The notes below the pieces were generated by a model. The model was not told where the DNA came from, made no database searches, and was given only the letters and a program-made list of their open reading frames with translations. From an uncultured virus (IMG/VR IMGVR_UViG_3300042549_004976) (lineage: Duplodnaviria > Heunggongvirae > Uroviricota > Caudoviricetes), in IMG/VR virus record IMGVR_UViG_3300042549_004976: a stretch of DNA of 61,711 bases; one strand, given 5' to 3'. Positions 30,810 to 40,900 of the stretch are shown here, piece after piece (the stretch's first letter is position 1; each line of letters opens with the position of its first letter). A program made the position numbers and the translations under genes.

Positions 30810-31328
30810 ATGGAAAGCAAGAACCCGAACGAAACTATTTTGATTCCCCTTCTAAACAAGCGACTCACTGATCTTGTTGTTGCAAATATTTTAACTGAAG
30901 CGAAGTTACTGTACTGCGAAGAAGAGAAAACAGAACTAAAAACACTGTTGGAGAAAGAGCAGACTGCGGCAAAGCAGTTGGTTGAAGACAACTCATCTGC
31001 TTTCTCCAAAGCACTACAAGAGCAAACGCAGAGCATTCGTGATACCTGTGAGCAGGAAAAAACTGCTGTGCAACAGGCTGCGGAGCACAGCAAGCAAGAA
31101 ATTGCTAAAAATTGGGAGCAAGAACTTGCAACCCAAACAGGAAACCTTAATGCAAGGATTAATGCCTTAACGGCAGAACTCCAATCATCCAATCAAATGG
31201 TTAGTTCTCTCCGTAAAGAAATTCGGGAGTTAACGGTACCAGTCGTTGTTGTGGAGGAAAAAACTACCACACAACCGAAGCGAAACAGCAAGAAACTGGC
31301 TCCTGCAATGAGTAGTGATACCTACTAA
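30810..31328 (+). CDS. Coiled-coil protein
   Basis: NETILIPLLNKR..ANILTEAKLL then long heptad region; AGGAG RBS. Confidence 0.6.
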   Translation: MESKNPNETILIPLLNKRLTDLVVANILTEAKLLYCEEEKTELKTLLEKEQTAAKQLVEDNSSAFSKALQEQTQSIRDTCEQEKTAVQQAAEHSKQEIAKNWEQELATQTGNLNARINALTAELQSSNQMVSSLRKEIRELTVPVVVVEEKTTTQPKRNSKKLAPAMSSDTY

Positions 31329-31349
31329 ATAGGGGTAGGAGAATTTACA

Positions 31350-33023
31350 TTGGCAACACAAATTCAAATCAAGCGTGGCTCTACCACTCCAGCAGGACTA
31401 ACTGTTGGCGAAAGTGCCATGAACACAAGCACCAACCAAATCTACTTGGGTGGAACGGGTGGAACTGTTTTGGTTGGTGGAGAAGTCACGGGTGGTGTAG
31501 ACATGGGTGCAGGTTCGGCTGTTTCTGCCAATCGCATTCCCACACAGAGTGGTGTCTACAACTATGTTCGCAATAGTACCGTTACTTCGTTTAATGGACT
31601 CACAGGAGCCGTGGGTGGTGTTACCACATCTGCTGCAAACACCTTTACGGCACTCAATACTTTCAATGCAGGTATTAGTGCAGCAGGATCCACTTTCTCG
31701 TCCACCACAAACACACTTGATGTGATTGCGTCAACAGAAGGCGCAGGGCTTCGCATCGCAAAGGCTGTTACAGGAACAAACAGCAGAGTTGGTGGAATTC
31801 GTCTAGGCAGATCGGGTACTACTGCAAGCAACACATATCTTGAAGGTAGTGCTGGTACATTTACTATTTACAACGGAGTAGACAACACAGCCAATGCTTT
31901 TGCATTATTCTCTAGTACAGCATTCACTATTGGTGCTACTACAGCCTCTCAAATGAACCTGAACTGTCCAGGGACAGTGCAGATTGGTGATGCTACTGGT
32001 ACTGTTACACTACACGGTCAAAAGTTCACACTTGACGGTTCAACACGCTTCTTTACTTTTGGTGATAATAGTGGTACTACCGCAGGATTCGTGGGCATAA
32101 ACCGCGCATACAACGGTCTGTGTGCAGACTACGCCCTTGAAGTAAACAGCCCCACTGGCAAGGGCTTGCAGTTAATCTACAACGATAACACGGGGGCTGC
32201 GTCCAACTGGGTGAACATGGATGTGAGCAGCGGTGGTAACTACACACTGCGTCCAAGCGGTGGCTTGGCTACGGTTACGGGAACGCTGAATGTGTCTGCT
32301 GGTGTTTGTGCTGCTGGTGCAACATTCTCAGGTAATGTGACAGCCCAAAGTACATTGTATACTGATAATATACAAGCCATAGGAAATCAAATAAATATTG
32401 CTAATGTAGCAAGTGGTAGAGTTGCTTTTGGTGACTACGATGGTGCTGGCAACTCTACTTTTGTGTTTATAAGAGATGCTACATCTAGTCTATTAATTTC
32501 AAATCCAAATGGGGTTGTCGGAATTGGTGATCCTAACAATGTGGGCAGCGGATATGCCCTATTATATGATGCTGCTGTTGGATCCTTGGACGGTAATAAT
32601 TCTTCTCTTACTAATTTTAGTAGTGGAGATTTCAATGGTCGTCTTGATATGAATGGTGGGTACTCCGAACGGGGTGCCACGGCTTCACAGGCAACAAACA
32701 CCATAACATTCAATGCTGCTTCAGGAAACACACAGAAGTTTGTTCCTAGTGCAGTGGTCAACACCGTTAATTTTACTAATATAAACACCGCCTCAACACA
32801 ATGCACATCCGCAACTCTAATATTCCTTCACGGTGCAACTCCTTACGGACTTACTACGGGAACATTCTCTGTGCAACTAGCGGGAGTAACCAAAACTGTG
32901 AAGTGGTCTGGCGGATCTGCACCAACGCTAACAAACACTGCAAACAAAACAGATATTCTTAACTTCCTGACATATGATGGTGGAACTACTTGGCTTGGAT
33001 TTGTTGGAGGTCTGAATTTCTAA
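31350..33023 (+). CDS. Fibre protein, possibly distal/receptor-binding
   Basis: IQIKRG..GLTVGE; C-terminal VKWSGGSAPTLT..DILNFLTYDGGTTWLG; TTG start after AGGAG. Confidence 0.7.
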   Translation: MATQIQIKRGSTTPAGLTVGESAMNTSTNQIYLGGTGGTVLVGGEVTGGVDMGAGSAVSANRIPTQSGVYNYVRNSTVTSFNGLTGAVGGVTTSAANTFTALNTFNAGISAAGSTFSSTTNTLDVIASTEGAGLRIAKAVTGTNSRVGGIRLGRSGTTASNTYLEGSAGTFTIYNGVDNTANAFALFSSTAFTIGATTASQMNLNCPGTVQIGDATGTVTLHGQKFTLDGSTRFFTFGDNSGTTAGFVGINRAYNGLCADYALEVNSPTGKGLQLIYNDNTGAASNWVNMDVSSGGNYTLRPSGGLATVTGTLNVSAGVCAAGATFSGNVTAQSTLYTDNIQAIGNQINIANVASGRVAFGDYDGAGNSTFVFIRDATSSLLISNPNGVVGIGDPNNVGSGYALLYDAAVGSLDGNNSSLTNFSSGDFNGRLDMNGGYSERGATASQATNTITFNAASGNTQKFVPSAVVNTVNFTNINTASTQCTSATLIFLHGATPYGLTTGTFSVQLAGVTKTVKWSGGSAPTLTNTANKTDILNFLTYDGGTTWLGFVGGLNF

Positions 33024-33424
33024 TGTTTCCATCAAAGGTAGGTTTTCACTCCTCTATTCTTACTCCGAGGCTGACCAGTACTCTTGGGGCTTTGAGCAGA
33101 GGCGTAGGCAATTACGGTACGATGGGGTATGTTCTCATGGGTAACATAAACAAGCGTGAAAGATTTTTCGTAACAACAACGAATGCTAACATTACAGTTC
33201 AAATAGAAACTACAAGCACATCAGCAAATCCTTTTTCTGTGATTACAGGAACAAATGCGTTTGCTACTCCTATTGAATTAAAAATCAACAATGGAGAGTA
33301 TATTCATATTGGTATGAAGGGATCCGTTGTAGGTACTGGAACTTTATCCTTGCGTTCAAATAGTTCTACAGGAACAATTTTGGCAAGCGTTGCATACCAA
33401 GTTATCACTGGTGGCAGAGGCTAA
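33023..33424 (+). CDS. Hypothetical fibre-associated protein
   Basis: TAATG coupling to upstream fibre gene; beta-rich. Confidence 0.5.
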   Translation: MFPSKVGFHSSILTPRLTSTLGALSRGVGNYGTMGYVLMGNINKRERFFVTTTNANITVQIETTSTSANPFSVITGTNAFATPIELKINNGEYIHIGMKGSVVGTGTLSLRSNSSTGTILASVAYQVITGGRG

Positions 33425-33448
33425 ACCAAATAATCATCCGAATACTTT

Positions 33449-33472
33449 AGAGGGGCGAAAGCCCCTCTTTTT
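33449..33472 (+). terminator. Rho-independent terminator
   Basis: AGAGGGGC-GAAA-GCCCCTCT followed by T-tract. Confidence 0.85.
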
Positions 33473-33520
33473 GTTATGATTTGCTCTACATACTCTACCT
33501 AATCAACACAGGAGTTCGCT

Positions 33521-35440
33521 ATGAAATCACTTCCCACGCTGTACCAATCTTTCATTCACCTTTCACGCTATTCTCGTTGGCTTGACACCGAAGGACGGCG
33601 TGAGTCATGGGAGGAAACAGTTGACCGCTATTTCCGCTTCTTTGATGAACACTTTGCGGAAAAGGGTGTAAAACTAAATAAGACTATACGCGATGAGTTG
33701 CGTGATGCAGTTTTAAATTTAGAAGTAATGCCTTCTATGCGTTCACTAATGACCGCAGGAGAAGCACTGAAGCGTGACAACACGGCAGGATACAACTGCT
33801 CGTATGTTGCCGTAAACAAGGTTCGTGCCTTTGATGAGATTCTGTATGTTCTCATGTGTGGCACAGGAGTTGGCTTTAGTGTAGAAAGGCAGTATGTTGA
33901 AAAACTTCCTACAATTGCTGAAGAGTTTACACAAAGCGATACGCTCATTGTGGTCAAAGACTCCAAAGAAGGTTGGGCAAAAGCCTACCGCGAGTTGGTG
34001 TCCCTACTTATTGGAGGTCAAATCCCCCGATGGGACACCTCTAAAATTCGTCCTCTTGGTGCGCGTCTCAAAACTTTCGGTGGACGCGCAAGTGGACCGC
34101 AACCACTGGAAGACCTCTTCCGATTTACCGTCAGTACTTTTAAGAAGAGTGCTGGCAGAAAACTCACATCTATCGAATGCCACGACATTATCTGTAAGAT
34201 TGCGGAAATTGTCGTGGTCGGCGGAGTGCGTAGATCTGCTCTTATCTCTCTCTCGAACCTCACCGATGAGCGAATGCGTGATGCTAAAGTGGGGCAGTGG
34301 TGGTTGGAAAACCCACAGCGAGCGTTAGCAAACAATTCGGTTTCATACAAAGAGAAGCCAGAGATTGGCGTGTTCATGGAAGAGTGGCTGTCACTCTACA
34401 AGTCCAAGAGCGGAGAACGGGGCATCTTTAATCGTCAGGCTGCACAGAAAACTGTGGAGAAACTTGGTGATCGCCGTGATGCCACTTACGAGTTTGGTAC
34501 GAACCCCTGCTCCGAGATTATTCTGCGTGACAAGGAGTTCTGCAATCTGAGCGAAGTCATTGTTCGTGCAGACGATACCCCCGAAACTCTAAAGCGCAAG
34601 ATTCGTCTTGCCACCATTCTTGGCACATGGCAAGCCTCGCTCACGAATTTCCCGTACCTGTCAAGTGAGTGGAAGAAGAACTGCGAAGAAGAGTGCTTGC
34701 TTGGTGTTTCACTCACAGGCATTCTTGACAACAAACTCATGCGTGATCAGGGTGCTGAATTGGAAAGACTGCTTGCTGGTCTTCGTGCCACTGCTGTTGA
34801 AACGAACAAGGAGTGGGCAAAGAAGATTGGTATTAATCCTGCTGCTGCGATTACTTGCGTGAAGCCTAGTGGAACGGTGTCTCAGTTAACTGATTCCGCA
34901 AGCGGTATTCACGCTCGTCACAACGAGTACTACATTCGTACTGTTCGTGCAGATCGCAAGGATCCCATGTGTCAGTTTATGATTGACAAGGGATTCCCTG
35001 CTGAACCGTGTGCCATGCGCCCTGATCACACAATGGTGTTCTCGTTTCCGCAGAAGGCAGTGGGATCTGTCACGCGCACAGACTTGACTGCTATTGCTCA
35101 TCTAGAGTTGTGGCTCACCTATCAGCGGCACTTCTGTGAACACAAGCCGTCCATCACCGTGACTGTCAAGGAGTACGAGTGGATGGCGGTGGGTGCGTGG
35201 GTGTACGATCACTTTGATGAAGTGTCAGGTGTGAGTTTCTTGCCCCACTCCGATCACTCCTATGTTCAGGCTCCGTATCAGGACTGTACAAAAGAAGAGT
35301 ACGAAGCAGCAGCAGCAAAACTGCCCCTGTCTATTGACTGGAGCGAGTTGACGAAGTACGAGAAGGAAGACACTACCAAGGGCACACAAACCTTTGCGTG
35401 TAGTGCTGGCTCGTGTGAAGTAGTAGATTTGACTAATTAA
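33521..35440 (+). CDS. nrdJ: Class II (adenosylcobalamin-dependent) ribonucleotide reductase
   Basis: YNCS, GGVRRSA, TNPCSEI, TCVKPSGT, C-terminal CSAGSC; no beta subunit nearby. Confidence 0.88.
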   Translation: MKSLPTLYQSFIHLSRYSRWLDTEGRRESWEETVDRYFRFFDEHFAEKGVKLNKTIRDELRDAVLNLEVMPSMRSLMTAGEALKRDNTAGYNCSYVAVNKVRAFDEILYVLMCGTGVGFSVERQYVEKLPTIAEEFTQSDTLIVVKDSKEGWAKAYRELVSLLIGGQIPRWDTSKIRPLGARLKTFGGRASGPQPLEDLFRFTVSTFKKSAGRKLTSIECHDIICKIAEIVVVGGVRRSALISLSNLTDERMRDAKVGQWWLENPQRALANNSVSYKEKPEIGVFMEEWLSLYKSKSGERGIFNRQAAQKTVEKLGDRRDATYEFGTNPCSEIILRDKEFCNLSEVIVRADDTPETLKRKIRLATILGTWQASLTNFPYLSSEWKKNCEEECLLGVSLTGILDNKLMRDQGAELERLLAGLRATAVETNKEWAKKIGINPAAAITCVKPSGTVSQLTDSASGIHARHNEYYIRTVRADRKDPMCQFMIDKGFPAEPCAMRPDHTMVFSFPQKAVGSVTRTDLTAIAHLELWLTYQRHFCEHKPSITVTVKEYEWMAVGAWVYDHFDEVSGVSFLPHSDHSYVQAPYQDCTKEEYEAAAAKLPLSIDWSELTKYEKEDTTKGTQTFACSAGSCEVVDLTN

Positions 35441-35484
35441 AAAATCTAGACATTTTTACTCGACAGCCTCTTCTAAATAATAGT

Positions 35485-36249
35485 ATGAAGAGGCGCGTAG
35501 TCCAATCTCTTCTGATGGCTCTAGCACTCGTCTTGCTGCAAGCCTGTGTTCAAGATATAACTGCCGCTGCGCCGAAGAGCGTGGAGCCGCCGAAGAGCGG
35601 GGCAGTCGATCCAATGGCAGAAGCCCCTGTGGAGACTCAGTTCTTCATGAGGGGTTTCTCGCCGTTGGCGGCAGACGAGGAAGCCGCTGTGGGGCATCTA
35701 GAGGGCGAGAACGGGGAGGTAATAGGTAGTGCCGTTCTCATTGCTCCCGATGAAATCCTTACAGCAGGACACTGCCTAGACGATACGGGGGCAGCGTGGT
35801 TCTCCACTGGCAACCACTGCTACAGAATAATTAAACACACCACCCATCCGTTTTATAAAATTGGTGACACCATGCTGTACGATGTGGCAGTGGCGTGGCT
35901 AGAGGAACCGTGCGGTGTTCAACCCCTTCGGGTGGTGACAGCACCCCATTATTTCACTCGTACCGAACCACTCACCGTTATAGGATTTGGTGGGGGCATT
36001 AAGCGTAGAAGCAATCCCAACACATTCCACTACTTTGGAACGGTGGTGGAAGACCCCACATACTTTAAGTTTATTCCCTTTGAGGGCACCGTTTGGTTTG
36101 GTGACTCAGGTGGTGCAGTCATAGATGCCAACGGAGTACTTGTAGGGATTGTGTCTTCATTTACTATATTCAACGGTCACTTGTACGAAAATTCCGCAAC
36201 TCGTTTGGATCTCGTAAGCGATTGGATCGCAGAACAGAAGGGCAAATGA
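35485..36249 (+). CDS. Trypsin-like serine protease, probable lipoprotein
   Basis: TAGHC, DVAV, GDSGG catalytic triad; LLQAC lipobox. Confidence 0.85.
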   Translation: MKRRVVQSLLMALALVLLQACVQDITAAAPKSVEPPKSGAVDPMAEAPVETQFFMRGFSPLAADEEAAVGHLEGENGEVIGSAVLIAPDEILTAGHCLDDTGAAWFSTGNHCYRIIKHTTHPFYKIGDTMLYDVAVAWLEEPCGVQPLRVVTAPHYFTRTEPLTVIGFGGGIKRRSNPNTFHYFGTVVEDPTYFKFIPFEGTVWFGDSGGAVIDANGVLVGIVSSFTIFNGHLYENSATRLDLVSDWIAEQKGK

Positions 36250-36332
36250 AACTCACCCAAATTCAGCGTGTGCTTCTTGGTGCTTGCAGTTTTTTAGTTG
36301 GTGTTTTACTGGCTCGCGCAGTAGGTTTCTAG
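36246..36332 (+). CDS. 28-aa hydrophobic mini-protein
   Basis: ATGA overlap; MKLTQIQRVLLGACSFLVGVLLARAVGF. Confidence 0.35.
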   Translation: MKLTQIQRVLLGACSFLVGVLLARAVGF

Positions 36333-36353
36333 TATTGCACCATAAATACTTAC

Positions 36354-36932
36354 ATGATACTAGCGGGAATAGATTACTCATTGTGTGGACCAGCCGTGTG
36401 CCTGTTCAAGTCGAACGCCACGGGGAAATTTTCATACAGTGGATGCTCATTTTTTTTCCTTACTGAGAACAAGCGGCAATCGGAAATTCGTTGCATGAAT
36501 GTGTTTGGTGAGCGGCTGAGTGATTGGAACTCAGACGAACACCGCTACGAAAGCATTGCAGATTGGGCTGTGGACATTGTAATGGGCTGCTCCCATGTGG
36601 CTCTTGAAGGCTACGCGTACTCCGCTAGTGGCAGGGTGTTTCAGATTGCCGAGAACACAGGCATCTTAAAATATAAACTGTACCTGTTAAGCATTCCTGT
36701 TACGGTGATTCCTCCCACCGAAATAAAGAAGTTCGCCACAGGCAAGGGCAATGCAGACAAGAACGCCATGTACGCGGCGTTCTCGCATGAAACAGGAGTT
36801 AATCTAAAGTCGGTGCTGACACCAAAACGAGCAGACTCAGTGAGTCCTGTTTCGGATATTGTTGACTCGTACTACATCTGCAAGCGAATGTTTGAATCGC
36901 TTCCCGAAGAATTACGCTGCGAAACCGATTAA
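36354..36932 (+). CDS. RuvC-like Holliday junction resolvase
   Basis: GIDYSL, ALEGY, PTEIKKFATGKGNADK, DIVDS. Confidence 0.85.
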   Translation: MILAGIDYSLCGPAVCLFKSNATGKFSYSGCSFFFLTENKRQSEIRCMNVFGERLSDWNSDEHRYESIADWAVDIVMGCSHVALEGYAYSASGRVFQIAENTGILKYKLYLLSIPVTVIPPTEIKKFATGKGNADKNAMYAAFSHETGVNLKSVLTPKRADSVSPVSDIVDSYYICKRMFESLPEELRCETD

Positions 36933-37231
36933 GGAGTCGGCAGGTCTACGGTGTTGGGAGTTGATACGGGAGCAGCCTTTGGAGTTTTGGGGGCAGCGTT
37001 GTCTCGCTTGCGACCAAAGAATTCCTTCCACGCCCACGCCACAACCAAGAACACAATGGGAAGATACCACAGTATCCATCCCCAATTGCCGACAATCTTG
37101 TCGCCGCTCAGGATGTCGTGCTTGAGTTTCAGCATGACAGGACTGTCTGATGTGGTATCAGGAATAATAATGGGGGAGGTGTTGCATCCCGCAAGGAAGA
37201 GCAAACAAAGAATATAGTTTAGTTTAGACAT
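36929..37231 (-). CDS. Lipoprotein with a downstream transmembrane segment
   Basis: LFLAGC lipobox; WGWILWYLPIVFLVVAWAW. Confidence 0.55.
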   Translation of the reverse strand: MSKLNYILCLLFLAGCNTSPIIIPDTTSDSPVMLKLKHDILSGDKIVGNWGWILWYLPIVFLVVAWAWKEFFGRKRDNAAPKTPKAAPVSTPNTVDLPTP

Positions 37232-37241
37232 GGCTTCTCCT

Positions 37242-37679
37242 TTAAGACTTGTTTGAAGCAGCGGCTGAACCAAAGTAGAAGCCTACAATGCTCACCAAGA
37301 TTTGACGAGTTTCAGACGCAAACAAGAATCCGTTGATCTCAACAAAATACTTGCGGGTTGATTGCGGAATAAGTCCAAACAGCCCTTCGGGTGTGGTAGC
37401 GTCTACTTCAACGAATGTGGGCAGACCAAAGAACGGCAGAATGAACGGAGCCAGCATAGTAGCAAACAGCACTGCAAGAACAATGAGTTGGCGAATGCCC
37501 CTACCCACATCCATAGGAACACGCTGTGCTGCCTTGTCTTGGTTCTCTGTGGTCTGCTTGTTGGCAGCAATAAGCCGCTCAAAGATTTCTTTTTGATCCT
37601 GACTCTTCTGAGCCATGTAACGAAACAAGAATCCTGTAGCCGCTCCTCCAACCAATGAAATCAATTCGGTACTAATCAT
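37242..37679 (-). CDS. Membrane protein, holin-like
   Basis: Hydrophobic N-terminus, IRQLIVLAVL.. TM segment, IVGFYFGS C-terminus. Confidence 0.5.
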   Translation of the reverse strand: MISTELISLVGGAATGFLFRYMAQKSQDQKEIFERLIAANKQTTENQDKAAQRVPMDVGRGIRQLIVLAVLFATMLAPFILPFFGLPTFVEVDATTPEGLFGLIPQSTRKYFVEINGFLFASETRQILVSIVGFYFGSAAASNKS

Positions 37680-37716
37680 TTCAATCTGCCTTTCTATAGC
37701 ACAACTGCACTACTGT

Positions 37717-37899
37717 TTATTTAGGCTTCATCTTCTTCCTACGAGCAATATTTGATTTGAGTCTTGGGTTGCCAGGCGGCATATCAGGAGGCAAACCTGC
37801 AATGCTGCCGCCTCCTGCGGTATTTGTTGGTGGTGGCGATGCCATTGGGGGTGGAATTTCTTCGGAAATAAACTTTGAGAATTTTTTGATTGTAGACAT
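37717..37899 (-). CDS. Small protein with CTS-like N-terminus
   Basis: MSTIKKFSKFISEE; PTNTAGGGSIAGL; basic tail; AAGGA RBS. Confidence 0.5.
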   Translation of the reverse strand: MSTIKKFSKFISEEIPPPMASPPPTNTAGGGSIAGLPPDMPPGNPRLKSNIARRKKMKPK

Positions 37900-37907
37900 G
37901 GTTTCCT

Positions 37908-40900
37908 TTATACGATGGTGTAAACAGGTGGAACTGCGGACTTGGTGAGTAGCCATGCTCCTCTTACTCCGTTTGGAGCCACACCATGATAGTCAGTAGC
38001 AATATCGTCTATCGTGATGGTGAGTGGAATATCTGAGCGAGCACTTTGAGCCAACACGATTCTTTCTCCAATAAGACCAGGACGAACCGTGAGTCTCCAT
38101 GCGTACAGTCCTGCGTTTGCGCCAGATAGCAATGGAGCACCCGAAACAATCACTTGATCATTTAGTTGTGGATAGTCTATGATACGCGGAGGACCGCATT
38201 TACTATTACCTGATATAATTCTCCAATTGTTCAATGCAGTATGAACCAATTTAGCATCGCCGTCCAATTTTCCTCTAGGATCAGGAGAAAGTGCAGCGTA
38301 GGTGGAATCACACCATACAGCAAGAGGACCTGCTCCTGCTAGTATAAGATGATAATTCAGTTCCCACCAATATCTACGATCATCGGCAAATCCACCATCT
38401 GTCCAATACGGAGTGGTTATCCACGGAGTAAATCTCTTCCACAAATCAGGAGACGCTCGTTGTGCACTTCGTATAGTTCTCATTTCGATCATGAATCCCA
38501 AGAAGCCCATGTTGTTTCGGGCTTCTTCCACCTCAATGGCGGCTCCTTCTACTCCTGAAACACCAATAGGTCCGTGTAGACGAATATACACCTTTCCACC
38601 AACACCAAGATTTCCTGCCGTTACATACGATGCAATCGTAATTCCTCTTCCACCTACCCATAGAATATCGGTAGGAGAATATCTAAAGCCCTTCCATGCA
38701 GTAATTCCTGTATCTGTAGCAGAGAAAGCGGCTGCGGCAGAGCGTCCCTCACCAAGTGAGAGTGTTACTCCGTAATCGTACTTTGATACTCCTGCCAATC
38801 CTGTTTTGTGATAGAATCGCACAGTATCATTAACGGGAGTGTAGTCGTAGCCTGTTCGGTTACCATCATACGAATTTCCATTGAAGAAATATTTTTGTAA
38901 AAAGTTTGTTGGGTTGGGGTAATACGCTGCCAACTTTCCAGGATTAGCCCCTGCACTGTCTGCTTTAGAACCAACATACGCGTAGAAGTTTGGGCAAATA
39001 AGATCTTTAGGACCAGGAGGAGGACTGTAAGTTGGATCGGAGTTTCCACTTGAATTAAACAGAATGTCTCCTATAGTACTGTGCTGTCTATAGTAATTTC
39101 CTGCACTCAGTCCCATATCGCGTAGGGTGTTGTACACTAGATTTCTGTAGTGTCCACTCTCAGTTAGTTCTCGCATTGTGCCATCCCATGCCATTTGAAC
39201 ATAAATTTGAGAGATATTTTCAGGATTTAGTTGTCCTAAATCTCCACCAAGGTATGAAGTAGGCAAGTAATTGGTTGCAGAAGCAGAAAGCCGTGAGTCT
39301 TTGTATTTTCCGCCTCCACCGAAACAAGCACCAGCAACATACGCAATTTCTATTGCTTCAGAAACAGATCCCACGGTTGATCCTACACCTTTATATTTTC
39401 CAAAAGTTGATAAGAGTCCGTTGTATATCTCCATGAAACGAGAATTGAATGTATGAGAAGCATCCGTGGTTATTCCTGACGGATGGAACTTATAAGTGGT
39501 CATTCGAGGATCGTTTGCCAGTGCTCTCAGAAGATCGGGATCCACTGCATTGATTGGTCCTGTGTACCCTGCGGAAACTCCAAGATCATCGTACAGGAAT
39601 GACAGGGTGAATCCATTTGGATTGGCAGCAGGATTATTGTATCCGAATGTACCACCGTAGCCAGTGTATCCTGATGCTCTAGTCCATCTCTTTCGTGGAA
39701 CGCCATCACCCACTCCGAAGTAATACAGAGTATGATAGTCTGAATTTTCGGCATCATCAATAATGTAATTGATTGGTGTTGGTACAATATTTCCTACGGT
39801 ACGATCTCCAATTACTCCAGCAGAAATACCGTTTACTAAATCTACCATTACACTTTTAAGATAAGCGGCTTGTTCATCACAGAACAGAGAAGGCATTTTT
39901 CTTCCGCTTAGTAAGGTTGCTCCTGGTATTACAAAAGCACTCTCTACTGTAAAACCTGCTCCTATACTTTTTGTAAATGTTGACGCGCTTACTAGAGGAA
40001 TTCGCTTGAACTGTCCAGCAAATGCTGTTGCACCTTCCGCAGCAACATATAATCGTTCTGTGGAGGTAAAGTGTATGGTGTCGTTGAATTGCAGAGTAAA
40101 TCCTGCTACTCCTCCCCATGCTGTGATTCCTGTGTCGTCAACAGCAAGTGCAGATTGCAGAGTGATTCCTGTGTACAGAGTAATACCAGGAAATGATGAG
40201 GCTGCTCCAAACTTATTGTATGTAACATATTCGTGAGCAATTGTTCGTGCGTCTGGACTCATGGTTCTACCAAATACCGCAGTAGTTGCTGCCGCAGTGG
40301 AACCGTAGCCTGTCCATCCCAATCCGTAATTTACTCCGTCCGTAGTGTTTGCCCAATACTGATGCACAGCATGATATGCTCGTTCGTAGTTTCCGTCTTT
40401 GTTCATGACAGGAATAAGATTTGGCAAGAATCGTGGATATAAACACCGTCTGGATGGAGGAACATTTTTAAGGCGGTCAATTATTCTCCACTTTAAGCGA
40501 TCAGACACAACAGACCCACCCAGATGTTTATGCAAACTATTTTCTATAGCACTGGATTCGTATGGAATAACAAGCGGAGCCGCCGAAAGTATTCCTGCCG
40601 CTACAGCAGATTGTGAATTGGCAAGTGGATAGTTATCAAAATTACCAGGAAGATCATATCCAACACCAGTGTGAGCCTTTCCGTAATCAATATCAATCCA
40701 GTTTGCACTCCACACTGCATAGTCGGCTGATGTACTAGGAGAACTCAAAGAATTAATTGTAGGATTGCTCAAGTAGAACGACTGCCCTTGCAGCATTTCA
40801 CCAAACACCATGAAGTGAATGCGCTCGGTGAGTCCGCTTTGGTAGATTACACCCTGCTGTGTCCACGAGTTGTCCGCAGGGTTTTGCTTTAGTGATTCAA

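Noticed and set aside
25900..31700. Diversity-generating retroelement template/variable repeats
   Set aside because: No reverse transcriptase in the window, and differences are not adenine-specific by eye
14717..35440. Introns or inteins in polymerase, helicase or RNR
   Set aside because: ORFs are continuous and of expected length, with no intein terminal motifs noticed
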